Below, piece after piece: positions 1-13,051 of a stretch of 64,000 nt of DNA (positions are counted from its first letter, which is position 1; each line of letters opens with the position of its first letter). The position numbers and the translations under genes were made by a program. Origin of the DNA: Lingula anatina (taxonomy: Eukaryota; Animalia; Brachiopoda); assembly GCA_051362555.1 (NCBI GenBank), contig CM120640.1:3720001-3784000 (forward strand). The letters are read 5' to 3'. The notes beneath the pieces were generated by a model that ran no database searches, was not told the DNA's origin, and saw only the letters and a list, made by a program, of their open reading frames with translations.

Positions 1-1
1 C

Positions 2-97
2 AAGATAAAAGATGATGCATTGGCTAAATGTGCAGTATCAGTCGACTCCATCCTTCAATATGTGTTGACTTGGGGCCAAAGATTTGAGTCAATCTAG
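2..97 (+). CDS. Possible last coding exon fragment of an unidentified upstream gene (...KIKDDALAKCAVSVDSILQYVLTWGQRFESI*)
   Basis: Frame is open from the window edge to TAG at 95-97, followed immediately by TGA. Downstream is long UTR-like sequence with AATAAA near 1699, 2437 and 2798. No family recognised. Confidence 0.4.
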   Translation, partial: KIKDDALAKCAVSVDSILQYVLTWGQRFESI

Positions 98-3000
98 TGA
101 AATTACATCTCTCACTGCCAGGTGTTCATCGCCCATCTGATTACTGATCGCCTCTTCCAGTGTCATGCACTCTTCTGTTACCTCGCTTTATTTCCTGTGA
201 AGGAAATCAGAAGAGTGTGTGCAGTGTGATATTGAAAAGCTGAATGCACTGTTGGATACGTAATGTCAACAAAAATGGAAGAAAGCTCCAGCCATCATGA
301 TCTCAGAGCACTTGAACCAACTCCTGAATGCCATTAAGTGCTCAAACTCTTGCATTGCTAGGAGGCTAAGCTAAGCCATGGTAGAACCAGATGGAGGGAA
401 TGCCATATCACAATATTATTATGTTATCATTATTACTGCTATTATCTGGTATCATTATTATACTGGTAGACCTAGTATTTGGTACTTCAACTGATAGTTA
501 TTATTTCATGTTGAATGAATATGCTAAGTTTATTGAGATTTATGTTGAATTACATAATATTGTATGAAAGATTAAAACTTTATTATTACTACCTGTTAAT
601 TCTTGATTATTTCAGGAAGATGAGTTACAACTTGCAAAGTCAGCTAATTGACTTGCCTTTTCATTAACGTGTTAAACCCACAAATGTATCTATTTGAATC
701 TGTGTTATGTTGATAGGCAGCTTTTACCATGGTCCTTCAGATTGAGAGACCAAGCTTTTTCGTGGGTTGAATTCAAGCACTGAAACTCTACATGAACCAC
801 TTTTTATTTTGTGTGAATGTTTATTTTACCTGAAAGGTGTGGAAATGTGACTGATAGGCAAAGTGTATGCCAAAAGGACTATCTGCAAAATTATGAAGGC
901 GAGAGTTTTTCAATGTCATGTTTGGATTTACCCTGCTGTTGGGCTAGATCATCTTAACATTTTGTACAGAGAATTGTCTCCCAAGGTGTAATCAGTTTAG
1001 TCCCTGGCATGTAGATTGTGTAATAAGCTGTTGTTTCTGAATCAAATTAATCCTGCACTTCTTGTGTTAATTCACCTTAAAATGCCTATTTATATATGAA
1101 TGTATAGTTGTTTTGTTTGCATTGAGCAGGGCTACAAATAATTTATTGCATGTTGGGGTTTCATTGAATGTGAAAACCCTCTGATGATGTTGTGCATGGT
1201 TCCATTAACTTCTGAGAAGCAGGGTCATGTAAGACTATAACATCTATGCCAGCTATTCTGAACAAAGTAATTCTAAGCTTTGCTTCTAGTTATTTAAGTT
1301 ACTGGTGCTAATCATAAAATGTCCCAGCAGAACATACACCAGACATTTGCAGGGACTTGTGCTGAACTGGTTGGAACAAGTGAATGTTTTTAGTTTTACA
1401 GCATGAATGGCTTTTAGTATGTATTAGTGCAATCTTTGTCCAACTAGCTGTATTGTAGACGAGTGAAATGTAAAATTTTTAAATGATTTTGACTGAAAGA
1501 ATGGGACTCTGAAGATTTTTAGACATTTTAAAACTTACCAGGTAATGGACTGGAACCAGCCACATCTCCTCATGATATTTACAATGTCCATGCACATTGA
1601 GGAGATACTGGTACCCCAAAGTGAAATTTACCTTACATTTTTATGCTAAAGATGTGTATATAGATAACAATGTTGTTCTCATTCTCATCTTGAATAGAAT
1701 AAAGTTTTATTTCAGTATATGTTTTTTTTTCTTCCCTGGGAGATGTTTAGATCTGCACTTTTGAAAAGCAACTGCCATCAAACTTGCCATGGGCTTCTTG
1801 CTCAAAACTTTCTTGGAAAGAAACTGATTTTACAATGACCTTTGAATGACTGCAGGAGGATTTTGAATCTTGCCTAAAGGTTTTTAGTGTCTTGGATAAA
1901 ATGGCCAAATTATCTGAATACATTATGAAAAAGGAATTTTGACTGCATAATATTAAATTAAACTAACAGGATGTAATTCAAATAACACTAGATGAAATCT
2001 TTCCCCTGTTCCTTTGACAGTGTATAATTAAGATAACTGAAGTCGGCATCTTTTGTTAGAATTCTAAGATTACACTTCAGTTTAAATAAGACATAACCAC
2101 TATATATATAATAATATAACAACCAAGTGGCAGTGATTGGGCTATTAAGCAGATGGGGAAGTCTGATATACAAAATGATCAATTCCATCTCAATTACAAG
2201 GTTTACACCAATGTTTAAGAAAAATCCATCCACTTGTAATGTTATTGTTTTCCTTATACCGTTTATTAACTTCTCATGAAACTATATGCTGCATAACTAT
2301 CACCTTTTTAAAACAAAGTAAGTAACTGTTAAAGTCCCAACAATTTGTAGTGTTAAAATTGTTAAAGTTACATACGGAAGGTGTGTAGATTCCCTAAAAC
2401 ACATAAATCACTACTACCGGTTTCTTATACCACTCAAATAAAGTCCACATGCAAAAGATGCACCAGATTAAGCACTTGGTCAGCCAAAGCAAGCTTAAAA
2501 ACTGTGCCTTCTAATTTCTGGTTGTAAATTTGACCTATTTATCTGCCCTCCAGTTAGTAAAAGTCTGTCTAGGAACAGTAATGTATGCTGCATTTCTGCT
2601 GTGCATGCAATAGCATATATATTTAAATGAGAGTTGGATAAAATAACAGTGTTAAACAAAGAACAGAAAGAAAACAGAAAATATCTGTTGAAATATCATA
2701 TTTGAAAAATAAGAAATTATATCCTTTGGTACATCTCCAAGTTATGCCACTTGAATCTGTGTGGTGGCATTTGACAGGGTTAAGTAGCAACATCTCCAAA
2801 TAAAATTCATCTTTAGATTATACTAACAATTAAGCTTGTTTCAGTGACAAAGACGTTTATTCATTGACAATGTATTGATTGTTTAAAGTCTTCCCATCTC
2901 TGCAATATGCGTGGTTTGAATAATAGTTACCCAAAACACTTAAAGTTCACAGTGACAATGACATATTTATGGCCACTACCACAAGATAAAATAATTGGTT

Positions 3001-3549
3001 GGTAGGATGGAAATACCATAGACCACATTCAGCAATAATTTTTTTGAAGAATATATTTTTATTATCTTTATTAAGCAAATTTATATATATATCCACACTG
3101 CATGGCATTGCTAGTCCTGACAATTCTACAACTCCCAACTCCAGCTTCTATCTTGAATACAAGAACATTCATTGCCTTGTGGCAATCAATTAGTTCTATG
3201 GAGCAGATCGAACAAAACATTGGAAACATTTACTTCTCCATGAAGCACTAATGCAAAAACATGAAGGAAAAAATGATTAAATGGTCTCAATATTGCATAA
3301 GAAGCTGCACTCAAAAAACAGAGAGCATTAACATGATGAAAATACAAACTGGACTGCTGTTTGCACAACTTTAAATGTTCTACCATAATTTTAAAATCAA
3401 AAATCCATATTAACAAAACTATCTTTAACAAAAAACAACCTATAAGTATTCTAAGTCAGTTATGCATGCCATGCACAAGCTGTCATATACTTGCATAAAG
3501 CAAGGTTTGAACAGCTAAAATTTCAATACAGACTTTCGTCTGTAATTTA

Positions 3550-3805
3550 GACCCAATTCCCACACCTAGATTGAACTAGCAGGATAGACTCATCTCCGAG
3601 GGGATTTTCGCTAAATTGCGTTCAGATTAAGCAGCATAGATGTCTGGCACACATACTGAAGCTGTTAAATGATAGTTAGTTGCTCCCTAACAGCTTCAGT
3701 AGGCATGCCAGACATAAGAGCAGCTTAAGCTGAAGGTAATTTAGTGAGAAACCCCTGGAAAATAGGTCAATCCTACTAGATTGATCTAGGTATGGGAATG
3801 GGGTC
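3550..3805. mobile_element. Palindromic MITE, PIF/Harbinger-like
   Basis: Inverted ends GACCCAATTCCCACACCTAGATTGAACTAG ... CTAGATTGATCTAGGTATGGGAATGGGGTC, with the imperfect palindrome continuing to the centre. TTA flanks both sides (3547-3549, 3806-3808). Confidence 0.8.
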
Positions 3806-4324
3806 TTACAGATGGACTCCATTCGTCAACATCAATCAATGTCAAATGTTGAAAAAATAGTCCCATGTAAAAAGAGAGATCTGTGAAGTTCAAAATTGCA
3901 TATAACTTCAAATTTCTGCATTTCTGGTCAACAGAAGATAATGTAAGCAAATATGTTGCGGTTCAGACTTTCAAGATCAATAATATTTTAAATATACATT
4001 AGCCAAAGTCTTATGTAACATATAAGTCAATTCTCCAATTTACGAGTCTTTGATTATTTTTTTCCATATGTCCCATTCAAGGTATGACATCACATAAAAC
4101 AGATATGGTAATGCCAGGAGTTTAGATTCTGAGGTGTTCCATTGTGCTGGGAATGAACGATGTTGCTTGCAGTTCAGTCTGCAGGCACTTTATCCAGTCA
4201 TTTTTATCTGGGAATACTGGGACTGCAAAAATGTCGCCAGAGCTTTGTGTTCCTTAAGTCCCCTTATATACAAATTCCACTTGCATAATGTATTCAGTCC
4301 ACAAGAAAAAAAACCTGAAATGCA

Positions 4325-7300
4325 TCAGTTAGCATCCCAGATATGTGTGTTGAGATACTTCATCATACCAAATGTTCGCACTCTTTTACGACCTAAAACA
4401 AAGAATAAGAAAGCAATATAAACATGGTCTGTCAGTTTCACATTAGAGGTTGCACTCAAAAAATATTAATATGATGAAATTGCAAACCAAAGCACTGACA
4501 AAGATGAATTACTTAACCTGTAATCTAACTTAGAACACAACTGTGTTGGACAAGAAAGTTTACAATTCAATGACTTTAACAGATATCTACTTAAAGATCA
4601 ATGATTACTATGTCAATCTTATGAAGACTTACCAAACAATTTCTGCATCTCTTCATCACAAACCATGAACTGACGATTTTTGGGATCCTAAGAAAAGAAA
4701 AGAAAACAGCAGTTCCAGTTAACAGCTTCATATCACAAATGAAAGTAGTATAAATGACATCTCTTAATATGAGGTGATCAAATGACCATACAGTGATTAA
4801 TTCAGATAAAAATCATCTCCTTTTCAAAATTATCATAAGATTTGATTCAGAATAAAATTTGCCAAAAAAATACAGGACATACCTCCAGTTTTCTTTCCTT
4901 TACAATCTCCCACATCCTCTTTACTACATCTTTCCTAGGAAGCTGCAAAATTTAAAAACCATGTTATATGCAAGAGAACACTAAAAAGAACACGTATGTT
5001 AACTTTAAAACCATGTTATATGCAAGAGAACACTAAAAAGAACACGTATATTAACTTTAAAACCATGTTATATGCAAGAGAACACTAAAAAGAACACGTA
5101 TATTAACAATTACATTTTAGAAATAGAGAACTTTAAATGTTTGCAACCAAAAACTGTATAGAATTATTTACAAATATCATATTAAAGAGAAATGTGGTTT
5201 TCACCATATATTTTTCATTTCCCACATACTAATGAGAAATGAGGAAGTTAACAAGAGCAGATAAACATAAACACCCCATTTCCATAGATTAGATCGACCT
5301 ACTTTAGATCGACCTAACTCCCTGGGGGTTCACGCTAAATAGCTGTCAGCCGGGCAGACACGAAAGTTAATTACCCTCTTACAGTTTGTAGTAGGCAGGA
5401 CGGACATTTAAGTCGGATTATCTGAAAGTAATCTAGTGAGACTCCCCGCAGGGATAGATCGATCTAAAATCTATGGGAATAGAGCCAAAGACAAACAACA
5501 CTCCTACATGTATTACAATTAGACACTGTTAGTTAAGATCTAACAATGTACTATCACACAAGACTAATATCAGAATAGATAGACAGGAAGGGTTGGTGTG
5601 GAGTCAAGCTGACCAAATGCTATAATTATCTACCTATTATCTGGACAACTTCATCTAGTCACTGAGTCTTCGGCAAATTTATAATAACTCAGCTTTAATT
5701 TCCTTTCTTTGATAATTTGATGACTGACAAGCAGCCTATTTGCATGCTTTATTCCCCCCTTGAATAACAATCAAGTAAGTTTACATGTACACCAAGGTAA
5801 AACATGGGAAACAAAAGGCAAGGGGACCAATTTAATGCCATAAAAAACTCCACTTTATAGTTTGATTACATTTTTTGCTTTTATTCTCTAAATGTGAACG
5901 TCTTTTCCATTCATTCAAAATATAAGAACACATCTCCGGTAATTTCTATTATTCCAATAAAATACAGTCTTTTGGCATTATAAGCCCGTGTGTAAAACTA
6001 AATAGTGTTAATGAATATATCTTTGTAATGAGACTGTCTTTAATCACACTTCAGTAACCATAACACTTGCTTTATTTATTTTATTTTTTTAATTACGAAC
6101 TTTAAATGACAAATATGGAATTTCCTCTCTTGTGCAATTTGGATTAATTAGGCGTAGTTTTAATTTTTATTTTGTTTTATTCATCCATCTATTTATTTAT
6201 TCATTAAATTTTGATCTTAAACAACTAATGAGAGCATTTTCTTTCATCTATTATGATTCAAGGTTGAAGTTAAGAATCTCACCCATAAAAAGAGATTTCA
6301 AAGTAAGGAAATACATGACAGACTAGATAATACTGGTAATAAGTTTAAGTTCTACAACAATGCTACCTTATCTGTTCCTACAATGGCAGCCAGGTCTGGA
6401 GATAGCTGACATGGTTTGCTGTACCTGGACTGTCCTGGTAGAAAGGAAACACCTCAGATTATTACATCAACACATAAAAGATAGTAAGACATTTGACTCC
6501 ACCATATTCGCAGTAACAAGGTTGTCACATTACTAAGACGTTTTTATTTTGATTGTTTTTATTTTTAATTATAGCCCAAAATTGATATTCTTTCCTTTCT
6601 TGCATATTTTCTAATAACAGCTGACCAAGGTGATAATTGGACATGATATACATGATGAACTTAACTTTATAAACAAACATCTGTGGTATTATTAGACCAG
6701 TAAAATATGATTCAAGTAAATCTTTATGTAAATTATTACCTGGTTTGCTTCCCTTTTTCTTTTCTGTGCTTTTTGGTTTAGCTTTTGGCTAAAAAGAATA
6801 GTTACTGACATCATTTACTCTGAATAGAAAAGACAATAAAAGTAAAATAGCACTCCAATAAAAAATTAATCTATTACAAATACAAATTCTTTTTAAACCA
6901 TTTTTTGACATCTAACATGTCTGGAAATCCACAGTTTTGTTATTAGTTTAAAAGAGAGTCCATAGTTGTTGTAAATGTATTTAATTTGTACAGTTACCTT
7001 CTCTGAAAGTTTTGAAACCAAAACCATTCAGTAGACATGTTTAACACAAGAATAATGTTACTTTGTGGTATCTACCTATGACAGTTTTAACCCTACCCCC
7101 CCCCCCCCCCCCGTCCCATCCTCAACAAGTAAATGGGGCACCTGCAATAATGTGGGTTTTTTCAATATAATGTATATGTATCATCACAATTAAATCCTCC
7201 TTAAATTCTGTAAGTCACTAAGTGGTATTTGAGCGTTATTTAGAGAGAATAATAGTGTTACATCTCAATGTCAATATATGATAAGGTTGATCCCATTTTG

Positions 7301-8292
7301 CTTTTTTCACATTACTCCTTTCCAAAACTTCAGCAGTATTTTCAATTTCTTTTAGTAACAGAGCTCAAAGAGTCTACTAAAGATTTTGCAATAGCAAATT
7401 GATAATTATGCACAATTTTCTTACTGGGTTTCTTTTCACTGCTCTTGTTCTGGTTCTTCTTCCTGCAGATTCTTCTTCTTGGAGTTTCTTTGCCAATTTT
7501 TCATCATCTACCTATAAAGAAATCGATAGGAAATTGTACAAAAATAGCTTTCTGGTCAAAAGTCAATCTTTCTAAGTTTCTCTTACAGACATAGGCATTT
7601 CAAAATGACTTTCCATCAATTGGTAAACATAAAATTGAATCAAACTTACTATCCTCTCAAAATCTGAGATTCTAACACATTACATCAACAGTTAACTGTA
7701 TTTAACTACCCCATCATCATCATTGTCGTCGTCGTCTTCATCTTCTGAGGAATTCTTGCTTGGTGTGGAGGGTTTGGTATTCTAAAGTAAAATGAAACAA
7801 AGGAAATGTAAGTGTTATTTTGCAAATAGCTGATATTTCACCAGCTAATAAATTAACAACTCCCCAGGAAGGGGTCAAAGGAGGGGGGGGGGGAAGTCTG
7901 ACTATGCACACTTAGGGGGTACGATAGGCAGTCACATCTACCAAAGCCCCATTTCCTGTTGATGTCTGACAGTAAGCAGATCAATGATTGACTAGTTAAC
8001 AATCAGTTTATTTCCCCAAGCTATAACTTCTACATATCTATTGATACTACATACTGTAGCTTATGAAACTGTTCAACAACAAAATGTAACAAACAAACCC
8101 ATTTATAAGTATATAGTTCAGAAACCTATGTAAAGGCTTCACTATAAAAAATAAAACATTTGAAATTCAAAACATCAAAAGTATGCAGTGTAAAGTACTT
8201 CAACTTAAATATCAATTGATAACTTGTTACTAATCATATTTACCCCCTTATTTACAATGTTTTTTTCTTTCTTTTCATCATTTCTGGTCTGC

Positions 8293-8338
<46 letters not shown>

Positions 8339-9841
8339 GAGTTTGTCATCTGTTGGGGCAATTAAATAAAATCTTACTTTTCTGGCTGGGGTAGCTGTCT
8401 TTTTCTTCTTAGCCACTGGCTCTGGATCTGGCTATAGAAACAAAAGGTCAGTTACGCTGGATGGCTGGGATCATTTCAGTCAATATGTGACAAATATTCT
8501 GTATATGTTAGCTAGCTGTAACTCAAGGAGAAATGGACTCAAATGTTATCCCTTGTAACACAACACACAAATCTTTAATTTTTTGTTTTTTTTTTAAACA
8601 TGTATATCATAAATAAAATATCTACTTCTTTTGCCTCATCATCAGAACTTGACTTTTTTGTCTCATTTTTTTTAACATGTATATCTTGAATAAAATATGT
8701 ACTTACTGCCTCATAATCAGAACTTGACTTTTTTGTCTAATTTTTTAACATGTATATCTTGAATAAAATATGTACTTACTGCCTCATCAACAGAACTTGA
8801 CTTTTTTGTCTCATTTTTTTAAACATGTATATCTTGAATAAAATATGTACTTACTGCCTCATCATCAGAACTTGACTTTTTTGTCTCATTTTTTTAAACA
8901 TGTATATCTTGAATAAAATATGCACTTACTGCCTCATCATCAGAACTTGACTCTTCTTTTGTCCCATTCTGTTCAACAACTTTTTCTTCTTCAGTTTCTG
9001 TTTGGCTTTCTGTTTGACTGGAGTTTGTGATCATATCCATTACAATTTCATCTATTTCTTTTTTCCTGAAAACAAAAGTAATTATATGGCAACTATTACT
9101 ATGTTGTTCCAAAGCTTTCTTCTTTTTGCTTTTGTCTGCCTTTCAGTTAGACTACAGTTTGCTATCATATTTATAATAATTTGAAGAATAGTTTCTTTGC
9201 TTTTTTATATTGAATATGATACCTTGAGAATTCAATACCAAATATTTCAGATAAATTTCTTCTCAAAACTTGGGATTTTTGTCTCAATTATAATTTATAT
9301 AATCACATGAAAACTACTGCAATGGTAAAATATGTGTATTTACTGGTGAGCCTTTCCTGTGGTAAATTAACGCATTTCTAGGCCTCTCCAACCATGAACA
9401 TATTTTTTCTCCGTCTCTCTTTCCAAGTCAATCTCTAAGCACGCGCAAACATACAAGCACATACAGAATACAGTTACATGTGCATGCCCCCGCGCAAACA
9501 AATACACAAACACACTTTTTTAAAACTGCTTTTACAGTGGTTTGAAATCAAACTAGGTAAACTTGACTATGACATTTAACTTACCTCTCCGTGAGATCCA
9601 CTTCATATTTTTCTTCAAGCTGTTTTCGGACCTTCTTTGATGACAATGAGGAGAGATCAGCGCCTTTCAAGATCTCTGAAAACACAAATTTTACACATTA
9701 AAACATTGCACACAAGTTCAACTTCATGGACTATGATATGTCCTCACATAGCTATGTATAAGGTGAATGAAAACATAGCGTAAAAGTGTTTTGTTTACCT
9801 CCTATACTTCGCCGCAGCTCGGACTTATTCATCTCCGCCAT
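4325..9841 (-). CDS. DEK-C + SWIB/MDM2 domain protein (UAF30/Spp27-like), 11 coding exons
   Basis: Exons approx. 9799-9841, 9585-9675, 8930-9065, 8378-8431, 7710-7781, 7425-7511, 6740-6789, 6367-6434, 4882-4942, 4632-4686, 4325-4392 with GT-AG ends. N-terminus MAEMNKSELRRSIGEILKGADLSSLSSKKVRKQLEEKYEVDLTERKKEIDEIV is DEK-C-like. An acidic/Lys linker follows. C-terminus LSPDLAAIVGTDKLPRKDVVKRMWEIVKERKLEDPKNRQFMVCDEEMQKLFGRKRVRTFGMMKYLNTHI is SWIB-like. Confidence 0.9.
4953..5108. repeat. Tandem repeat, 3 copies of ~52 bp, intronic
   Basis: AAAACCATGTTATATGCAAGAGAACACTAAAAAGAACACGTAT(A/G)TTAAC occurs three times. Confidence 0.9.
5272..5486. mobile_element. Degenerate palindromic MITE, probably related to 3550-3805
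   Basis: Ends CCCCATTTCCATAGATTAGATCGA ... TCGATCTAAAATCTATGGGAATAGAG. Internal motifs CGCTAAAT and TAGTGAGA are shared with the 3550 element. Confidence 0.6.
8293..8338. repeat. (ATT)n microsatellite
   Basis: Directly visible. Confidence 0.95.
8596..8951. repeat. Tandem repeat, ~5 copies of ~75 bp, spanning the exon 3 / intron 3 boundary of the SWIB gene
   Basis: Unit AACATGTATATCTTGAATAAAATATGTACTTACTGCCTCATCATCAGAACTTGACTTTTTTGTCTCATTTTTT starts near 8596, 8674, 8747, 8821 and 8896. Confidence 0.92.
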
Positions 9842-9958
9842 GCTCCTGCATTCATTTGACCTTCACTTTATTTGACCTATTTAAACGAAAGCATGAAACT
9901 GGCTGTGCATTCATATGACATGAGTCGGTGTTGACTGATACTTGCTTTCTACACAACC
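9842..9958. promoter_or_regulatory. Compact putative bidirectional promoter / 5'UTR region
   Basis: Only 117 bp separate the divergent ATGs (9841 on -, 9959 on +). Contains two TTTGACCT direct repeats. Confidence 0.65.
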
Positions 9959-12900
9959 ATGGATGCCAAGGTATTCAGATCTGAATTGTTAATTAAGTAG
10001 AGAGGAATATGAGTATTTTGGGTGAGAAAATGAGCTGTATAAATAATGAAAACGCTACACCATGGGCCATGCAGCTTGCTACTACTGCAGTGTAGTTACT
10101 GGATGTACTATAGTTCTATATGTTGACCTTATGAAGTAGTGGTATATCAGTGAATTAAATTTTTCATCAATATGAATGTTATACTGCACCTCCTCACCAG
10201 CAACACAGTACACAAATGACACAATTTACCCTTTTTAAACAGATTTCACAGTCCTGTGGTGTTTAATGGCATTGCATTATGTGCTTCCCCCCCCCTACCC
10301 CCATACATACCAAGGTATACCTAAATGGTAATATCTGCCTGCAATTTTGAGCATCAAATATTTCTGTGTATTGATTGTCATTTCAAGATTGATTTTTTAT
10401 TTTTATTTTTGTGATGTACGTTTTCTTACTGGTGTGTAAAACTAGAAATGTCAGTGATTTTCTCTCCAAATCTATGCACTGTTACAGGTAGAAAAATTCA
10501 TTTTTCTTTTCAATTTACAGTGTGTGTGAACTTTATTTCTTTCAGTCTGAGTCTTTAAAAGAACAGGGTAATGAGTGTGTTAAAGCTGGGAAATATGAAG
10601 AGGCTATCTTACACTATAGCCATGCCATCAAAATACAACCAAATGATTACAAACTATACAGTAACAGGTAGGGGTTATTATTATTATTATTATTTTTTTT
10701 TTTTTTTTTTCAATTTAGATATTCATTTATGTATTCAAAAATCAGAAAATTATATATTTTTTTTATTCTTGCTGGTGAACTTTAACAATTTTTATTATTA
10801 TTATTTTTAATTTAGCTGACCCCATTTATCTTTTTACCCTGACTGAAATAATTCATTTTAGGTCCATGGCTTTTTTGAAAATTCAGCAGTATTACCATGC
10901 TTTACAAGATGCCTTTGAAACAATTCGTCTGAAACCAGATTGGCCAAAGGTAAAAATGCCGTACATATTAGGAACTAGTAGATTGACATTTTGAAATACT
11001 TTTGAAATAGGTTACAAATGAAGTTTTTGACTTTCTTCAACTGTACAATCCTGGTAATAAAATGAATCAGTAATTTCTGACTTTTATTAAAGGGATACTT
11101 CAGGAAAGGTGAAGTAGAATTCCACACGGAGCATTATGAGACAGCATACATGTCTTACAAGGTGAGTTGTAATTACCAAAATAAGGGGACCATAATAGAT
11201 GAAGGTTTTAATTACATCAGAGTCTGAATGCGCTGTTTGTTTGACTTGATAATTCAGATAAAATCTAATTATTAAAGAATAAAATATAGTGAAAGTTAAG
11301 ATTGTTAGTATGAAGCCAAAAGAAACTATTGTTTGATATTGGCAATTTTTTATTTATTACTTTTATTAATAGAGAGCATATTCCTTGGACTCAGAAGATA
11401 AAACTCTGAAAGAGGCCATAGAAAAGACAAGTAAAGAATTGGTGAAAAAGATGAAAGGTATAAAGCCTTAAACAACTGTACTGTTAACACCAAACTTCTT
11501 GACTTACCCAGTTCTAAGAAAAGAACCTTTCTGTTTGATTTATTTACTTCACTTAATGGAAAAATTCAATGATCCTTTGGGTTTTCCTATAATATCCTTG
11601 AGAAAATGAATGTTTTTGTTTTGAAAATAAAAAAAGAGAAATTCATTGTTTGTTAGTTTTTGTCAATAGTTAGCAAGCAGACATACCATACATTGCAACT
11701 GTGTGCATATTAATTTTGTAGTCTTTGTTTCAGATTTTCAAACTTTCAAGACCCACCTGTTTTAAATTGAAGGTTTGCTTCATCTTATTGATGTAATTGT
11801 TGTTTCAGCCCAGCAACGTCTGCCCTGGCTGGGTGTAGGAGGCGGGGTTTTAGTGGGTCTGCTCATTGTATTGGGGGACCTATTTCTAGCCAAGACGCCA
11901 TTGCTGGGAAAGGTTGGTCACATCAGTATATATCATGTATGAACACACATATTATCCTCATTATGCCTAGTTAATGTTTTATACAAAACAAAAGTTTGAT
12001 TGCTCTAATTAATATTTTGAAGCTTTTAATAAACCCTTTGCAAACTATTAAATTCAATTTATTTGAATTTATTTCTGTTTTGGTACATACTGTAGGTTAT
12101 CATGACCTTGTACAATACAATATAATAATGCAATTTTTGCAATACCATTCTGTAATTGGCATTTGCATTACCAGTGTGTAAATTAACATAGATCTCTTTA
12201 TATAAAATTCTCTGTTATATTCATACTACTTGCATATGCTAGTCCCATTATACAGGTTTAGCTATATTTGATGTCTGTTTTTCCAGACTTTCATCCTGCA
12301 GCTGTGTTTGGTGGTTGTATTTGCAGGAATTGGTCTTGGGTTGGCTCATTTGCAAAGGCAAGTTATTGTCATTTCTAGAAAATAAAGACATGCAATAAAG
12401 TACTGCAGCTAGTGAATTGTTCAGGAACACAATTAAACTGAACAACTACTATGAGCACATGGGGATGTCATTTTAAAGGGTTTATTGGATGAAAAAAGGT
12501 TTAATTGGATGAAAAAAGGTTTTTTAGAAATAAAATGTATCAATCACGAATCATTTAGCTATCTGTGAAGATTTTATATTTCATCTTGTTTCAGGTGGTT
12601 TGTCCAGAGTCAAAGGGACTCCCTGCTAGAGCCTCCATTAGATTTCCTAGGTGAGGATGCAGTAGTTGTGACTTATTTGATTTAAGCACAATCAAATATA
12701 TTATCCTTATCAGTGTCAATTTACAGATTTTTAGTATGCTGTGTTATGTGAGACCTGCGTGCAAAATCTTCATTTTTTAAAATTTTAAATCTCTCAGACA
12801 TAATACAGAAACCTTTCAGCATTTGGAAATGACCTAAAAACACTGCTCATGGTGGAGTAAATCATATTAAAAAATTGAAAGGACGTGAAATATCTTGTTT

Positions 12901-13051
12901 TAGGTTATATTCATGTTGTTTTTATTTTTATTTTTCAGATTTTGCAGAAAAGAGTAATAATGCTCAAAATGAGACAGACCCTAAACCACACAATTTACGG
13001 AAACGAGGTGCCCAGACGGGGAAGAGAAAATACCAGAAGGGGAAAACTTAG
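9959..13051 (+). CDS. TPR-domain protein (STI1/HOP-type carboxylate clamp) with two C-terminal hydrophobic segments, 9 exons
   Basis: Exons approx. 9959-9970, 10546-10667, 10862-10949, 11093-11161, 11373-11457, 11808-11912, 12287-12357, 12595-12650, 12940-13051. TPR region: SESLKEQGNECVKAGKYEEAILHYSHAIKIQPNDYKLYSNRSMAFLKIQQYYHALQDAFETIRLKPDWPKGYFRKG. Hydrophobic segments: LPWLGVGGGVLVGLLIVLG and FILQLCLVVVFAGIGLGLA. Basic tail. Confidence 0.88.

Noticed and set aside
1-400. SECIS element or selenoprotein readthrough
   Set aside because: No convincing SECIS stem with the ATGA/GA quartet was seen, and the first stop is TAG.
8596-8951. CRISPR-like array
   Set aside because: The units are contiguous with no unique spacers, the context is a eukaryotic intron, and there are no cas genes.
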